Positions 1 through 8,287 of a stretch of DNA of 64,000 bases are shown here, piece after piece. The first letter of the stretch is position 1, and every line of letters begins with the position of its first letter. The notes under the pieces are model-generated. The model was not told where the DNA came from, made no database searches, and worked only from the letters and a program-made list of their open reading frames with translations. The position numbers and the translations under genes were made by a program. Source of the stretch: an uncultured Clostridia bacterium (GTDB lineage Bacteria > Bacillota > Clostridia > TANB77 > CAG-508); the NCBI GenBank assembly GCA_934167755.1, contig CAKPLT010000006.1:14189-78188 (forward strand). Reading direction: 5' to 3'.

Positions 1-728
1 TTCTTATCTGCCAATTCTTGTTTTATTATATCAAATTGTTTTGGACCAGTTGCCCAAATTATTTGATAATCTTTGTTTAGTTTATTTTCTAGTATTCCAA
101 TTATTGCTTCATTTATTTTTTGCGCACCTTGGCTTCCACCAAATACTAATACTATTGGTAGATTTTCTTTTTGTCCACCATTTTTTAATATTTCTGATTT
201 TTGCTCTTTTGTATAGTTCTTTTTTTCTATTTTTACAGGAGTCCCTGTAAAGACTATATTTTTTGCATTTGGTATTCTTGATCTAGCTTCTTCAAATGAT
301 ATTAATACTGTATTTGCTTTTTTTGATAAAACTTTAACAGCTTTTCCTGGAAATGCATTGCTTTCATGTAATACTACAGGTATTTTTTCTTTACTTGCTG
401 CCCAAACAACAGGACCACAAATATATCCTCCTGCACCTACAATTATATCTGGTTTAAACTCTTTAATTATTTTTCTTGCTTTGCCAGTTGCCCTTAAAGT
501 TGCACATATCTTTTTAAAATTTGCTATTGATATTTGCTTGCTTAATCCATATGCTTCTATAGTTTTTAACTTATATCCTGCTCTAGGGACTAAATCATTT
601 TCTAAACCTCTTGTAGTCCCTATAAATATTATTTCAGAATTTGGTTCTTCTTCTTTTATTTTATTTGCTATTGCTAATCCTGGATTTATATGTCCTGCTG
701 TCCCTGCTGCTGCAACTATAACTCTCAT
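1..728 (-). CDS. murG: MurG glycosyltransferase (lipid II synthesis), N-terminal ~242 aa; the 3' end runs off the window
   Basis: Reverse-strand ORF open to the window edge, ATG at 728-726. Translation is MRVIVAAAGTAGHINPGLAIANKIKEEEP..., with the G-rich GTAGH loop typical of MurG. It lies downstream of ftsW/spoVE, as in dcw clusters. It is missing from the ORF track because it has no stop codon in the window. Confidence 0.9.
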   Translation of the reverse strand, partial: MRVIVAAAGTAGHINPGLAIANKIKEEEPNSEIIFIGTTRGLENDLVPRAGYKLKTIEAYGLSKQISIANFKKICATLRATGKARKIIKEFKPDIIVGAGGYICGPVVWAASKEKIPVVLHESNAFPGKAVKVLSKKANTVLISFEEARSRIPNAKNIVFTGTPVKIEKKNYTKEQKSEILKNGGQKENLPIVLVFGGSQGAQKINEAIIGILENKLNKDYQIIWATGPKQFDIIKQELADK

Positions 729-763
729 TTTATCTCATTCCTTCCATTTATTTGTTTCCTGCT

Positions 764-1916
764 CTAGAAACACTCAGTAAAACTCCGTACTTCACATAAC
801 AAAATAAACAATGCTGTACCACCATAGCTGAAGAATGGTAATTGCATTCCTGTTACAGGCATTGAAGAAGTTACAACAGCAACATTAATAATAACCTGAA
901 CTCCAACTAATGAAGTTATACCTACTGCAACTAAACTTCCAAACATATCTGGTGCTTTCATTGCAATTAAAACACCTCTCCATATAAATACTGCAAAAAG
1001 TACAAATACAAGCATACAACCTACGAATCCAAGTTCTTCTGCTAATACTGCAAAAATAAAATCATTATGTGGTTCTGATAAATACAAATATTTTTGTTTA
1101 CTATCTCCTAAGCCTGTTCCAAACAATCCTCCTGATCCAATTGCATATAAACTTTGTATTACTTGCCATCCATCTCCTGTTGCATCTTGCCAAGGATCAG
1201 TAAAAGTTATAATCCTTCTAACTATGTATTGAAATTGTTTTTTAAAAGCATCACTTATATTATATAATACTGTTGCAATTACACCAATTCCTCCTCCTGC
1301 AACTATTCCTGTCATTAAAAATTGCCAAAATTTACATCCAGCCATAATCATCATTACACAACAAGTAATTATAATTACCATCGATGTACTAACATGTGGT
1401 TCTAATAATAATAAGCCAATTATTGGTACTAAATATAAAGCATGTTTTACTAAACCTTTACCGAAACTTTCCTAGTACTTCTCTATCTCTTACAAGTATT
1501 CCAGCATAAAATATTATCATCAAAATTTTCACAATTTCAGAAGGTTGAAAAGAAAAAGATTTAGTTATATATATCCATCTTTTTGCACCATGACTATCAC
1601 TTCCTAAAACTAATACTGCAACTAGTAAAATAATAGACAACCACCATGATTGTTTATAAAACTTTTGATAAATTCTATAATCAATTCTTGAAATAAAGTA
1701 CATTCCAATTAATCCTAATACAGCAAAAATCAATTGTCTAACAAAATAATAATAACTTTTTCCATCATATTTTTGCATTGCAGTTGGTGAACTTGCTGAC
1801 AATACCATAACAAGCCCTAATGACAATAATAATAGAACCGTAATTACTAATGTAAAATCAACAGGATTATTTAAAAAGTTTGAAAATCCAGCCATTTTAT
1901 TTTTTTTCTTTGCCAT
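764..1916 (-). pseudogene. ftsW: FtsW/RodA/SpoVE-family lipid II flippase/polymerase, split by a 1-nt frameshift
   Basis: ORF 1458..1916 is the N-terminal part and ORF 764..1381 is the C-terminal part. Together they make one polytopic SEDS protein, but the two frames differ by one nucleotide. The junction reads ...DREVLGKFR-stop, and the next frame continues (G)KGLVKHALYLVPIIGLLLLEPHVSTSMVIII... Confidence 0.8.
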
Positions 1917-1935
1917 TTATTTCATTCCTTTCTCA

Positions 1936-2922
1936 CTATACTATTTTTAATCCTGCAATACATGCAATCAAAGTAATAACACTAAATAACATTACAACTT
2001 GATTTTCTCTCCAATCTGATAATTCTAAGTGATGATGTATTGGAGCCATTTTGAACACTCTTTTTCCTGTCTTTTTAAAGTATATTACTTGAATTATTAC
2101 TGAAAGTGTTTCTATTACTGGTATTATTGCTATAACTATTAAAATAAGTGGCATTTTTAAATATAATGCTATTCCTGATATAACTCCTCCTAAAAACAAT
2201 GAACCTGTGTCTCCCATGAAAACTCTTGCTGGATGTATATTAAATATTAAAAATCCTAAAACTGCACCTATTACAATTGCTCCAAATACTACTATTTCCT
2301 TTATTTCAAACTTTGTTGCTATAATAGTTAAGCATGTAATTATTATTGTGCAAACACTTGATGATAATCCATCTATTCCATCTGTTAAATTTACTGCATT
2401 TGTTGTTGCTAAAATTACAAATATGGCAAATGGAATATATGCAAAAATTGGTATATTTATATATTGTTTTAATATTGGGATATAAGTATCTGTTCCTAAA
2501 TTTAATCCTTTTATTAAATACATAACATATATTACTGATATTATTAATAATCCTAACATTTTCAAGCTTGGTTTTAAACCTTTTGTATTTTTTAATACTA
2601 ATTTTTTGAAATCATCTATAAATCCTATAATTCCAAATCCTACTGTTAAACTTAGCATTGGAATTAAATTTTTTGCCAATTCTGCATCTCTTGATGAATA
2701 ATAACAATATATAATAATTGTTATTATAGCAATTCCTAACATTATTATTATTCCACCCATTGTTGGTGTTCCTTGTTTTTTTAAATGACTTTCTGGTCCA
2801 TCATTTCTTTCTATTTGCCCTACTTTTAGTTTTTTTAATATTGGTACTATTATGAATCCTAGAATTACTGTTACCACAAAGGATAACAATAATATTTTTG
2901 TTTGAAATTCCAATTTTATCAA
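1936..2922 (-). CDS. mraY: Phospho-N-acetylmuramoyl-pentapeptide transferase MraY
   Basis: 328-aa polytopic protein with MraY motifs (NAVNLTDGIDGL, MGDTGSL, APIHHHLE). TTG start; the exact start could lie 3 codons downstream. Confidence 0.95.
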   Translation of the reverse strand: MIKLEFQTKILLLSFVVTVILGFIIVPILKKLKVGQIERNDGPESHLKKQGTPTMGGIIIMLGIAIITIIIYCYYSSRDAELAKNLIPMLSLTVGFGIIGFIDDFKKLVLKNTKGLKPSLKMLGLLIISVIYVMYLIKGLNLGTDTYIPILKQYINIPIFAYIPFAIFVILATTNAVNLTDGIDGLSSSVCTIIITCLTIIATKFEIKEIVVFGAIVIGAVLGFLIFNIHPARVFMGDTGSLFLGGVISGIALYLKMPLILIVIAIIPVIETLSVIIQVIYFKKTGKRVFKMAPIHHHLELSDWRENQVVMLFSVITLIACIAGLKIV

Positions 2923-2955
2923 CCTTTCTTACATTTACTTTTGTATACTTTTTAA

Positions 2956-4419
2956 CTATCCTATAATTTCATTTACTATAATTCTTTCATCAAATGGGAT
3001 TTTTTCTCCATTTATTTCTTGATATGGCTCATGTCCTTTTCCAGCAAGAACAATAATATCTAATTTTGTTGCCATTTTTATTGCTTCTTTTATTGCTTCT
3101 GTTCTATCAACAACAACCTTATAATTTCCCTTTGTTTTTTTAATTCCTTCTTCTATTTCTTTTACAATTTCTTCTGGCTTTTCAGTACGAGGATTGTCAG
3201 AGGTTATAAATGTAAAATCTGCTATTCTTCCAGATATTTCTCCCATAATTGGTCTTTTGCCTTTATCTCTATCTCCTCCACAGCCAAATACAGAAATTAC
3301 TTTTCCTCTTGTATAACTTTTTACTGCTGATAATATATTTTGCAAACTTTCAGGAGAATGTGCATAATCTATCATTATTGGAATTTCTTTTTTATTTGGA
3401 ACCATTTCTGATCTACCTGGTACTTTAATTTCAAGTAATGCTTCTATTACTTTATCTGATGGAATACCTAATTTTTTAGCAACACAAATAGCTGCTAATG
3501 CATTATAAACACTAAATCTTCCTGGAATATCAACTTTTACTCTTTCATTTCTATCAGATATTTTCACTCTAAAATCCACATAAGAATTAGTTATTGTAAT
3601 ATCTTTTGCAAGAACTTCACAATAATTATCAATTCCATATGTCATAATCTTACTATCTGGAAACATAGCTGGTACTTTTGATACTTGTAAATCATCAACA
3701 TTTACTATTCCATTATCACACATTTTAAATAATTTTAATTTTGACTCAAAATAGTCCTTCATATCTGGATGTTCTTTTTCACTAATATGATCTTCTGAAA
3801 AGTTTGTAAATAAAACTATATCAAAATTACATCCATCAACTCTATGTAGTTTCAAGCTTTGAGAAGAAACTTCCATTACAACATATTCTACTCCCGCATC
3901 CACCATTTGTGCAAAAGTTCTTTGTAATTCTATACTTTCTGGAGTTGTTCTACTACTTTCAGAAATCATTTTTCCATTTATATATGTCGCAATTGTACCA
4001 ATCAATCCAACTTTGTGTCCTGCCTTTTCTAAAATCTCTTTAATCATAAATGTAGTTGTAGTTTTTCCTTTTGTTCCAGTAACACCTATTAATTTAAAAT
4101 TCTTTGATGGATTTTCATAAAAATTACAACTACAAATAGCTAAAGCCTCTCTTGTGTCTTTTGCCATAATTAATGTAACATCATCTGTTAAATTTATTGA
4201 CTTCAAATCACATCCTTCTTGTACCATAATAACTTTTGCACCAGCTTTTATTGCATCATTTATATATGCATGACCATCTGTGCTAAAACCTTTTATAGCA
4301 ATAAACATATCTCCATCTTTTATATTTTTTGAATTACTGTCTAATCCACTTACATCTATATCTAGACTACCTTTAGCTTTTAATCCATCTATTCCTACTA
4401 ATATCTTTTTTAATTCCAT
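2956..4419 (-). CDS. murE: UDP-MurNAc-L-Ala-D-Glu:meso-DAP (or Lys) ligase MurE
   Basis: Mur ligase motifs (GVTGTKGKTTT, DNPR). I place the start at ATG 4419 because AGGAGG lies 5 nt upstream. The track's 9-codon extension overlaps that RBS. Confidence 0.9.
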   Translation of the reverse strand: MELKKILVGIDGLKAKGSLDIDVSGLDSNSKNIKDGDMFIAIKGFSTDGHAYINDAIKAGAKVIMVQEGCDLKSINLTDDVTLIMAKDTREALAICSCNFYENPSKNFKLIGVTGTKGKTTTTFMIKEILEKAGHKVGLIGTIATYINGKMISESSRTTPESIELQRTFAQMVDAGVEYVVMEVSSQSLKLHRVDGCNFDIVLFTNFSEDHISEKEHPDMKDYFESKLKLFKMCDNGIVNVDDLQVSKVPAMFPDSKIMTYGIDNYCEVLAKDITITNSYVDFRVKISDRNERVKVDIPGRFSVYNALAAICVAKKLGIPSDKVIEALLEIKVPGRSEMVPNKKEIPIMIDYAHSPESLQNILSAVKSYTRGKVISVFGCGGDRDKGKRPIMGEISGRIADFTFITSDNPRTEKPEEIVKEIEEGIKKTKGNYKVVVDRTEAIKEAIKMATKLDIIVLAGKGHEPYQEINGEKIPFDERIIVNEIIG

Positions 4420-4430
4420 TTTATCCTCCT

Positions 4431-4484
4431 TTACCATTAGGAACACTCATTAATGGTAAACTTTTTTACCATTTGGGACACCCT
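4431..4484. repeat. Family-2-related element in the murE leader
   Basis: TTACCATTAGGAACACTCATTAATGGTAAACTTTTTTACCATTTGGGACACCC shares the GGGACAC / ACACTCATTAATGGTAA blocks with 17978-18048. Confidence 0.7.
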
Positions 4485-4556
4485 TAGTTTTTCTATTATA
4501 TTTTTTTCTATAATTGTTTACATTATATAACTAAATTTTATTTTTGTATAGTAAAA

Positions 4557-4593
4557 AAAGAAAAAAAATCACTTAATTATATTTATTAAGTGA
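4557..4593 (-). terminator. Rho-independent terminator of dps
   Basis: TCACTTAAT/ATTAAGTGA stem (4569-4593), followed on the minus strand by a long T run (plus-strand A run 4557-4568). Confidence 0.7.
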
Positions 4594-4609
4594 CTTTATT
4601 TTTTATGAT

Positions 4610-5047
4610 TTATTTAAGCATTTCATTTAACATCCATAGTTTTTTTGAATAATTACTCAAATAATTATCAATCATTGCTGATGTTGCATACCATGAGTTC
4701 TTCTCCGCTTCTTGTTTTATTTGATGTGCCTTCTTGTCCAATATTTGTATATCTTGTATTAAAACTTCTATTATTTGTAAGCTTTTAATTTTCTCATTTT
4801 GTGCTTCTTGAATTTCAGAATGGTTTAAAAAATCTTTAATTGTTCCTAATGGTTGATGTCCTAGTGATAAAATATGTTCAGCAATTTCATCTATTTGCTC
4901 TCTTATTTCATCATAATATTCTTCTAATTTTTCATGTGTAACAAAAAAGCCTTTTCCTGTAACATTCCAGTGATAGTTTTGTAATTTTACATTGAATATC
5001 TCTAAATCGCTTAGAAATTCATTTAAACATTTTACTATTTCTTCCAT
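4610..5047 (-). CDS. dps: Dps-family DNA-protection / ferritin-like protein
   Basis: NYHWNVTGKGFFVTHEKLEEYYDE matches the Dps helix A/B signature. ATG 5047 is preceded by GAGAGG. Confidence 0.85.
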   Translation of the reverse strand: MEEIVKCLNEFLSDLEIFNVKLQNYHWNVTGKGFFVTHEKLEEYYDEIREQIDEIAEHILSLGHQPLGTIKDFLNHSEIQEAQNEKIKSLQIIEVLIQDIQILDKKAHQIKQEAEKNSWYATSAMIDNYLSNYSKKLWMLNEMLK

Positions 5048-5128
5048 AACATACCTCTCTTTCAAATACATTATGTACGGGTTTTATTTTTTTATTCAGC
5101 TTTGTTTATTGTTTTAACTAAGCACCTT

Positions 5129-6067
5129 TTATTCAAATTTGCTACCTATTTCAATTTTGTTTCCTCTCAAAAAATCTTGAATATTCATTTTTTTTGCATT
5201 TTCACCTTGTATCTCTATTACTTTTATAATACCTTCTTTTGCTTTTATGTACAATCCTTCTTTACTATCAGCTTTTATAACTGTACCATTTTCAATATTA
5301 GAATTGACATCTTGTAAAATATCAACTCTCCAAAATTTAATCTTTTTGCCATCTAAATATGAATATGTTCCCATTATTGGATTTAAGCCTCTAACAAGAT
5401 TTTTTATCTGTTTTGCACTCTTATTTTTCCAATCTATTTTAGACATTTCTTTGTCTAACATTGGTGCTACAGAAAAATCAGTACCTTGTGGAATTCTTGG
5501 TGCAGTTCCATCTTCTATTTGTTTTAAAGTTTTTACTAATAAATTAGCTCCTATTTTTGATAGCCTTTCCCATATTTCTCCTGTTGTGTCATCTTCACCA
5601 ATTTCAATTTCTTCTTTTAAAATCATATCTCCTGTATCCATTCCAGTATCCATATACATTGTAGTTATACCTGTTGTTTTATCTCCATTTAACACAGCCC
5701 ATTGAATTGGAGCCGCACCTCTATATTGTGGAAGTAACGATCCATGTACATTAATACAACCAAACTTAGCAATTTCTAATATTTCTTTTGGTAATATTTT
5801 TCCATATGCAACAACACATATTGCATCAGGTTGAAGTCTTTTTATTTCTTCTATAAATTCAATATTATTTTTTACCTTTTCAGGTTGATATATTTTTATA
5901 TTTTTTTCAACTGCAAACTCTTTTACAGGTGATGCAATTAATTTCATTCCTCTTCCTTTTGGTCTATCAGGATTTGTTACTACTGCTAATATTTTATGTC
6001 CTGCATTATATACCGCTTCTAATGACTCTTTAGCAAAATTTGGTGTTCCCATAAATACTATTCTCAT
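5129..6067 (-). CDS. fmt: Methionyl-tRNA formyltransferase
   Basis: MRIVFMGTPNFA..., HGSLLPQYRGAAPIQWA and the C-terminal domain are typical of Fmt. Confidence 0.95.
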   Translation of the reverse strand: MRIVFMGTPNFAKESLEAVYNAGHKILAVVTNPDRPKGRGMKLIASPVKEFAVEKNIKIYQPEKVKNNIEFIEEIKRLQPDAICVVAYGKILPKEILEIAKFGCINVHGSLLPQYRGAAPIQWAVLNGDKTTGITTMYMDTGMDTGDMILKEEIEIGEDDTTGEIWERLSKIGANLLVKTLKQIEDGTAPRIPQGTDFSVAPMLDKEMSKIDWKNKSAKQIKNLVRGLNPIMGTYSYLDGKKIKFWRVDILQDVNSNIENGTVIKADSKEGLYIKAKEGIIKVIEIQGENAKKMNIQDFLRGNKIEIGSKFE

Positions 6068-6069
6068 CT

Positions 6070-6939
6070 TTAATTCTTCCTTTCAGTTATAATTCTTGCA
6101 ATATTTGAAAAATCTTGAATTGTCAATTCTTCTGCCCTAATATTCTCATTTAAATTTAAATTTTTTAATACCTTAAGTCCTTCTTCTTTATTAAGAAATA
6201 CTTTCGTATTTGTCAATGCATTTAAAAGAGTTTTTCTTCTTTGCATAAATGCACTTTTAATAACCATAAACATTACTTTTGGATTTTCTATTTCTACAAT
6301 AGGTGTATCTCTTAAATTCATTTTTATTACTTCTGAAGTAACTTCTGGTTCTGGTATAAATGAACTATTGGGAACCTCCATTATTTTTTCAGAATCACAA
6401 TAATAATATACTGTATATGTAATTGTCCCTGTATTCTTGCTACCTGGTATTTCTATTAATCTATCTGCGACTTCTTTTTGTATCATAACAGTTATACTTT
6501 TAATATCAAGCTTTTCTTCTAATAATTTCATTATTATTGGAGTTGTAATATAATATGGTAAATTTGCAACCACTTTTACATTCTTTATTTTTCCTTGTTT
6601 TTTGTTTTCAGATATAATGTCATTTAAATCTAACTTTAATACATCTGCATTTATTATTTCAAAATTATTATATATTGAAAATCTATCTTCCAAAATATTT
6701 ATCATCTTGCTATCTAACTCTATACATAAAACCTTTCCAGCTTTTTCTAATAGATATTTAGTTAATGTTCCAAGACCTGGACCTATTTCGATAACCATAT
6801 CTTCATTAGTTATTTCACTACAATTTACTATATTTTCTACGACTTCACTATTTATTAAAAAATTTTGTCCTAAACTTTTATTTGCCTTTATTTTATATTT
6901 TTTCATTAAATATCTTGTTTCTTCTAAAATATTTTCCAT
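6070..6939 (-). CDS. rsmA: 16S rRNA (adenine1518/1519-N6)-dimethyltransferase RsmA/KsgA
   Basis: KSLGQNFL, the SAM-binding VIEIGPGLGTLT, and NLPYYITTPI. ATG 6939 lies behind AAGGAA. Confidence 0.9.
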   Translation of the reverse strand: MENILEETRYLMKKYKIKANKSLGQNFLINSEVVENIVNCSEITNEDMVIEIGPGLGTLTKYLLEKAGKVLCIELDSKMINILEDRFSIYNNFEIINADVLKLDLNDIISENKKQGKIKNVKVVANLPYYITTPIIMKLLEEKLDIKSITVMIQKEVADRLIEIPGSKNTGTITYTVYYYCDSEKIMEVPNSSFIPEPEVTSEVIKMNLRDTPIVEIENPKVMFMVIKSAFMQRRKTLLNALTNTKVFLNKEEGLKVLKNLNLNENIRAEELTIQDFSNIARIITERKN

Positions 6940-7006
6940 TAGCAATTTCCTTTCTTTTACCTGTTAATTATACCCAATTTTCAGCCCATTTGTCAATATT
7001 TATATT

Positions 7007-7357
7007 TTACATAATATCTTTAATGTGGTTTATTTTGCACTTTCCATTTTTTATAATAATTTCTATAACACCAAATCTTACATTCCATCCATATAATTTA
7101 TTTATATGAATATAAATTTTAGCTGATTTTTTAATATGCATTTTCTTAGTAGAATTTACTGCCATAGCTGGTGTTCCGTATTTCATATTATTTCTAGTTT
7201 TTATTTCAGTAAAAATTATACTATTATCTTTTTTAGATATAATATCTATTTCACCCTTTTGAGTATAAAAATTAGTTTCTATTATTTCATATCCATTGTT
7301 TCTTAAATAGTCTTGAGCAATTTTTTCTCCAATTATTCCAAATCTTCTTTTATTCAT
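7007..7357 (-). CDS. yraN: YraN-family (UPF0102) endonuclease-like protein
   Basis: GEKIAQDYLRNNGYEIIETNF...GEIDIISKKDNSIIFTEIKTR matches the YraN/UPF0102 pattern. An alternative TTG start at 7378 overlaps the dprA stop codon. Confidence 0.75.
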   Translation of the reverse strand: MNKRRFGIIGEKIAQDYLRNNGYEIIETNFYTQKGEIDIISKKDNSIIFTEIKTRNNMKYGTPAMAVNSTKKMHIKKSAKIYIHINKLYGWNVRFGVIEIIIKNGKCKINHIKDIM

Positions 7358-7374
7358 TTCGATTGCATTTCCTT

Positions 7375-8268
7375 TCAATATTCATTGTCATTTCTAATAA
7401 ACCTTTGACCTGGCAATTCTATAATCTTGTCCTCTAATTGTAGCATCATAGTTTTATAATTAACTTCACTAATTGAAAGCCCAATATTTCTTGCTATTTG
7501 ATTTAAATCTTTAGGTTCATCTGTAATTTCTTTATATACATTTAGTAATTCAGGTGAAATATTAAAATACAAATTTTTTTGTTTTATTTCTTTTTTACGG
7601 AATATAATTTCTGGGTTAATCTTGCTAAGTTCTTCAATAATGTCTTCTGCATTTATAACCAATTTTGCGCCTTTCTGAATAAGTTCATTTGTTAATATGC
7701 CTTTTTTGTTTTCTAAACTACTTGGAACACAAAACACTGGCTTTTTACTTTGATTTGTAAATCTTGCTGTAACACTTGTTCCACTTCTATAACCAGCTTC
7801 TACAACTAATGTTCCAACACCTAATCCAGCAACAATTCTGTTTCTTTCAAGAAATTTATCTGAATCTGCTTGTATATTATTTTCATATTCTGATATAACT
7901 GCACCTCCATTTTTTATAATTTCCTCTATTAATATCTTATTTGTGAGTTTACAAATGTTTTTCAATCCTGAAGGCAAAACCGCAATGGTTTTTCCACTAT
8001 TTTTTAAACATTCTTCATGTGCAATACTGTCTATTCCAAATGCTAGACCACTAATAATATTTATTTTATATTCCTGTAACCCATTTACAAATTTTTTACA
8101 CATCTTTCTGCCATACTCTGTATTTGTACGAGAGCCTACAACAGCTATTCCAATTTCATTCAAAATTTCCACATTTCCTAAAACATATAATCTTGATGGT
8201 GGTTTTTCTATATTTCTTAACCTTTTTGGATATAATTCACTAAAATATTCAATTATAATTGGCTCCAT
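7375..8268 (-). CDS. dprA: DNA-processing protein DprA/Smf
   Basis: GIAVVGSRTNTEYGRK...ISGLAFGIDSIAHE...GTLVVEAGYRSGT is the Rossmann-like DprA core. TGA stop. Confidence 0.85.
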   Translation of the reverse strand: MEPIIIEYFSELYPKRLRNIEKPPSRLYVLGNVEILNEIGIAVVGSRTNTEYGRKMCKKFVNGLQEYKINIISGLAFGIDSIAHEECLKNSGKTIAVLPSGLKNICKLTNKILIEEIIKNGGAVISEYENNIQADSDKFLERNRIVAGLGVGTLVVEAGYRSGTSVTARFTNQSKKPVFCVPSSLENKKGILTNELIQKGAKLVINAEDIIEELSKINPEIIFRKKEIKQKNLYFNISPELLNVYKEITDEPKDLNQIARNIGLSISEVNYKTMMLQLEDKIIELPGQRFIRNDNEY

Positions 8269-8287
8269 TTAATTTTCCTCCTAATTT

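Noticed and set aside
358-780. 140-aa plus-strand ORF in the track
   Set aside because: It lies antisense to a clear MurG coding sequence (MRVIVAAAGTAGHINPG... on the minus strand). It has a low-complexity hydrophobic translation and no RBS, so it is a shadow ORF. The same applies to most plus-strand ORFs in the track that overlap minus-strand genes. Examples are 2207..2485, 5247..5705, 18820..19527 (235 aa), 43695..44105, 52184..52633, 59937..60344 and 60720..61430 (236 aa).
1458-1466. Programmed +1 ribosomal frameshifting as the main explanation for the two broken genes
   Set aside because: The UUU-to-UUC re-pairing works for ftsW, but the comM site (GUA CGG U) offers no P-site re-pairing, and no stimulatory SD-like element is evident upstream. 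Sequencing error or a genuine lesion is more parsimonious. The idea is kept only as a minor alternative in the findings.
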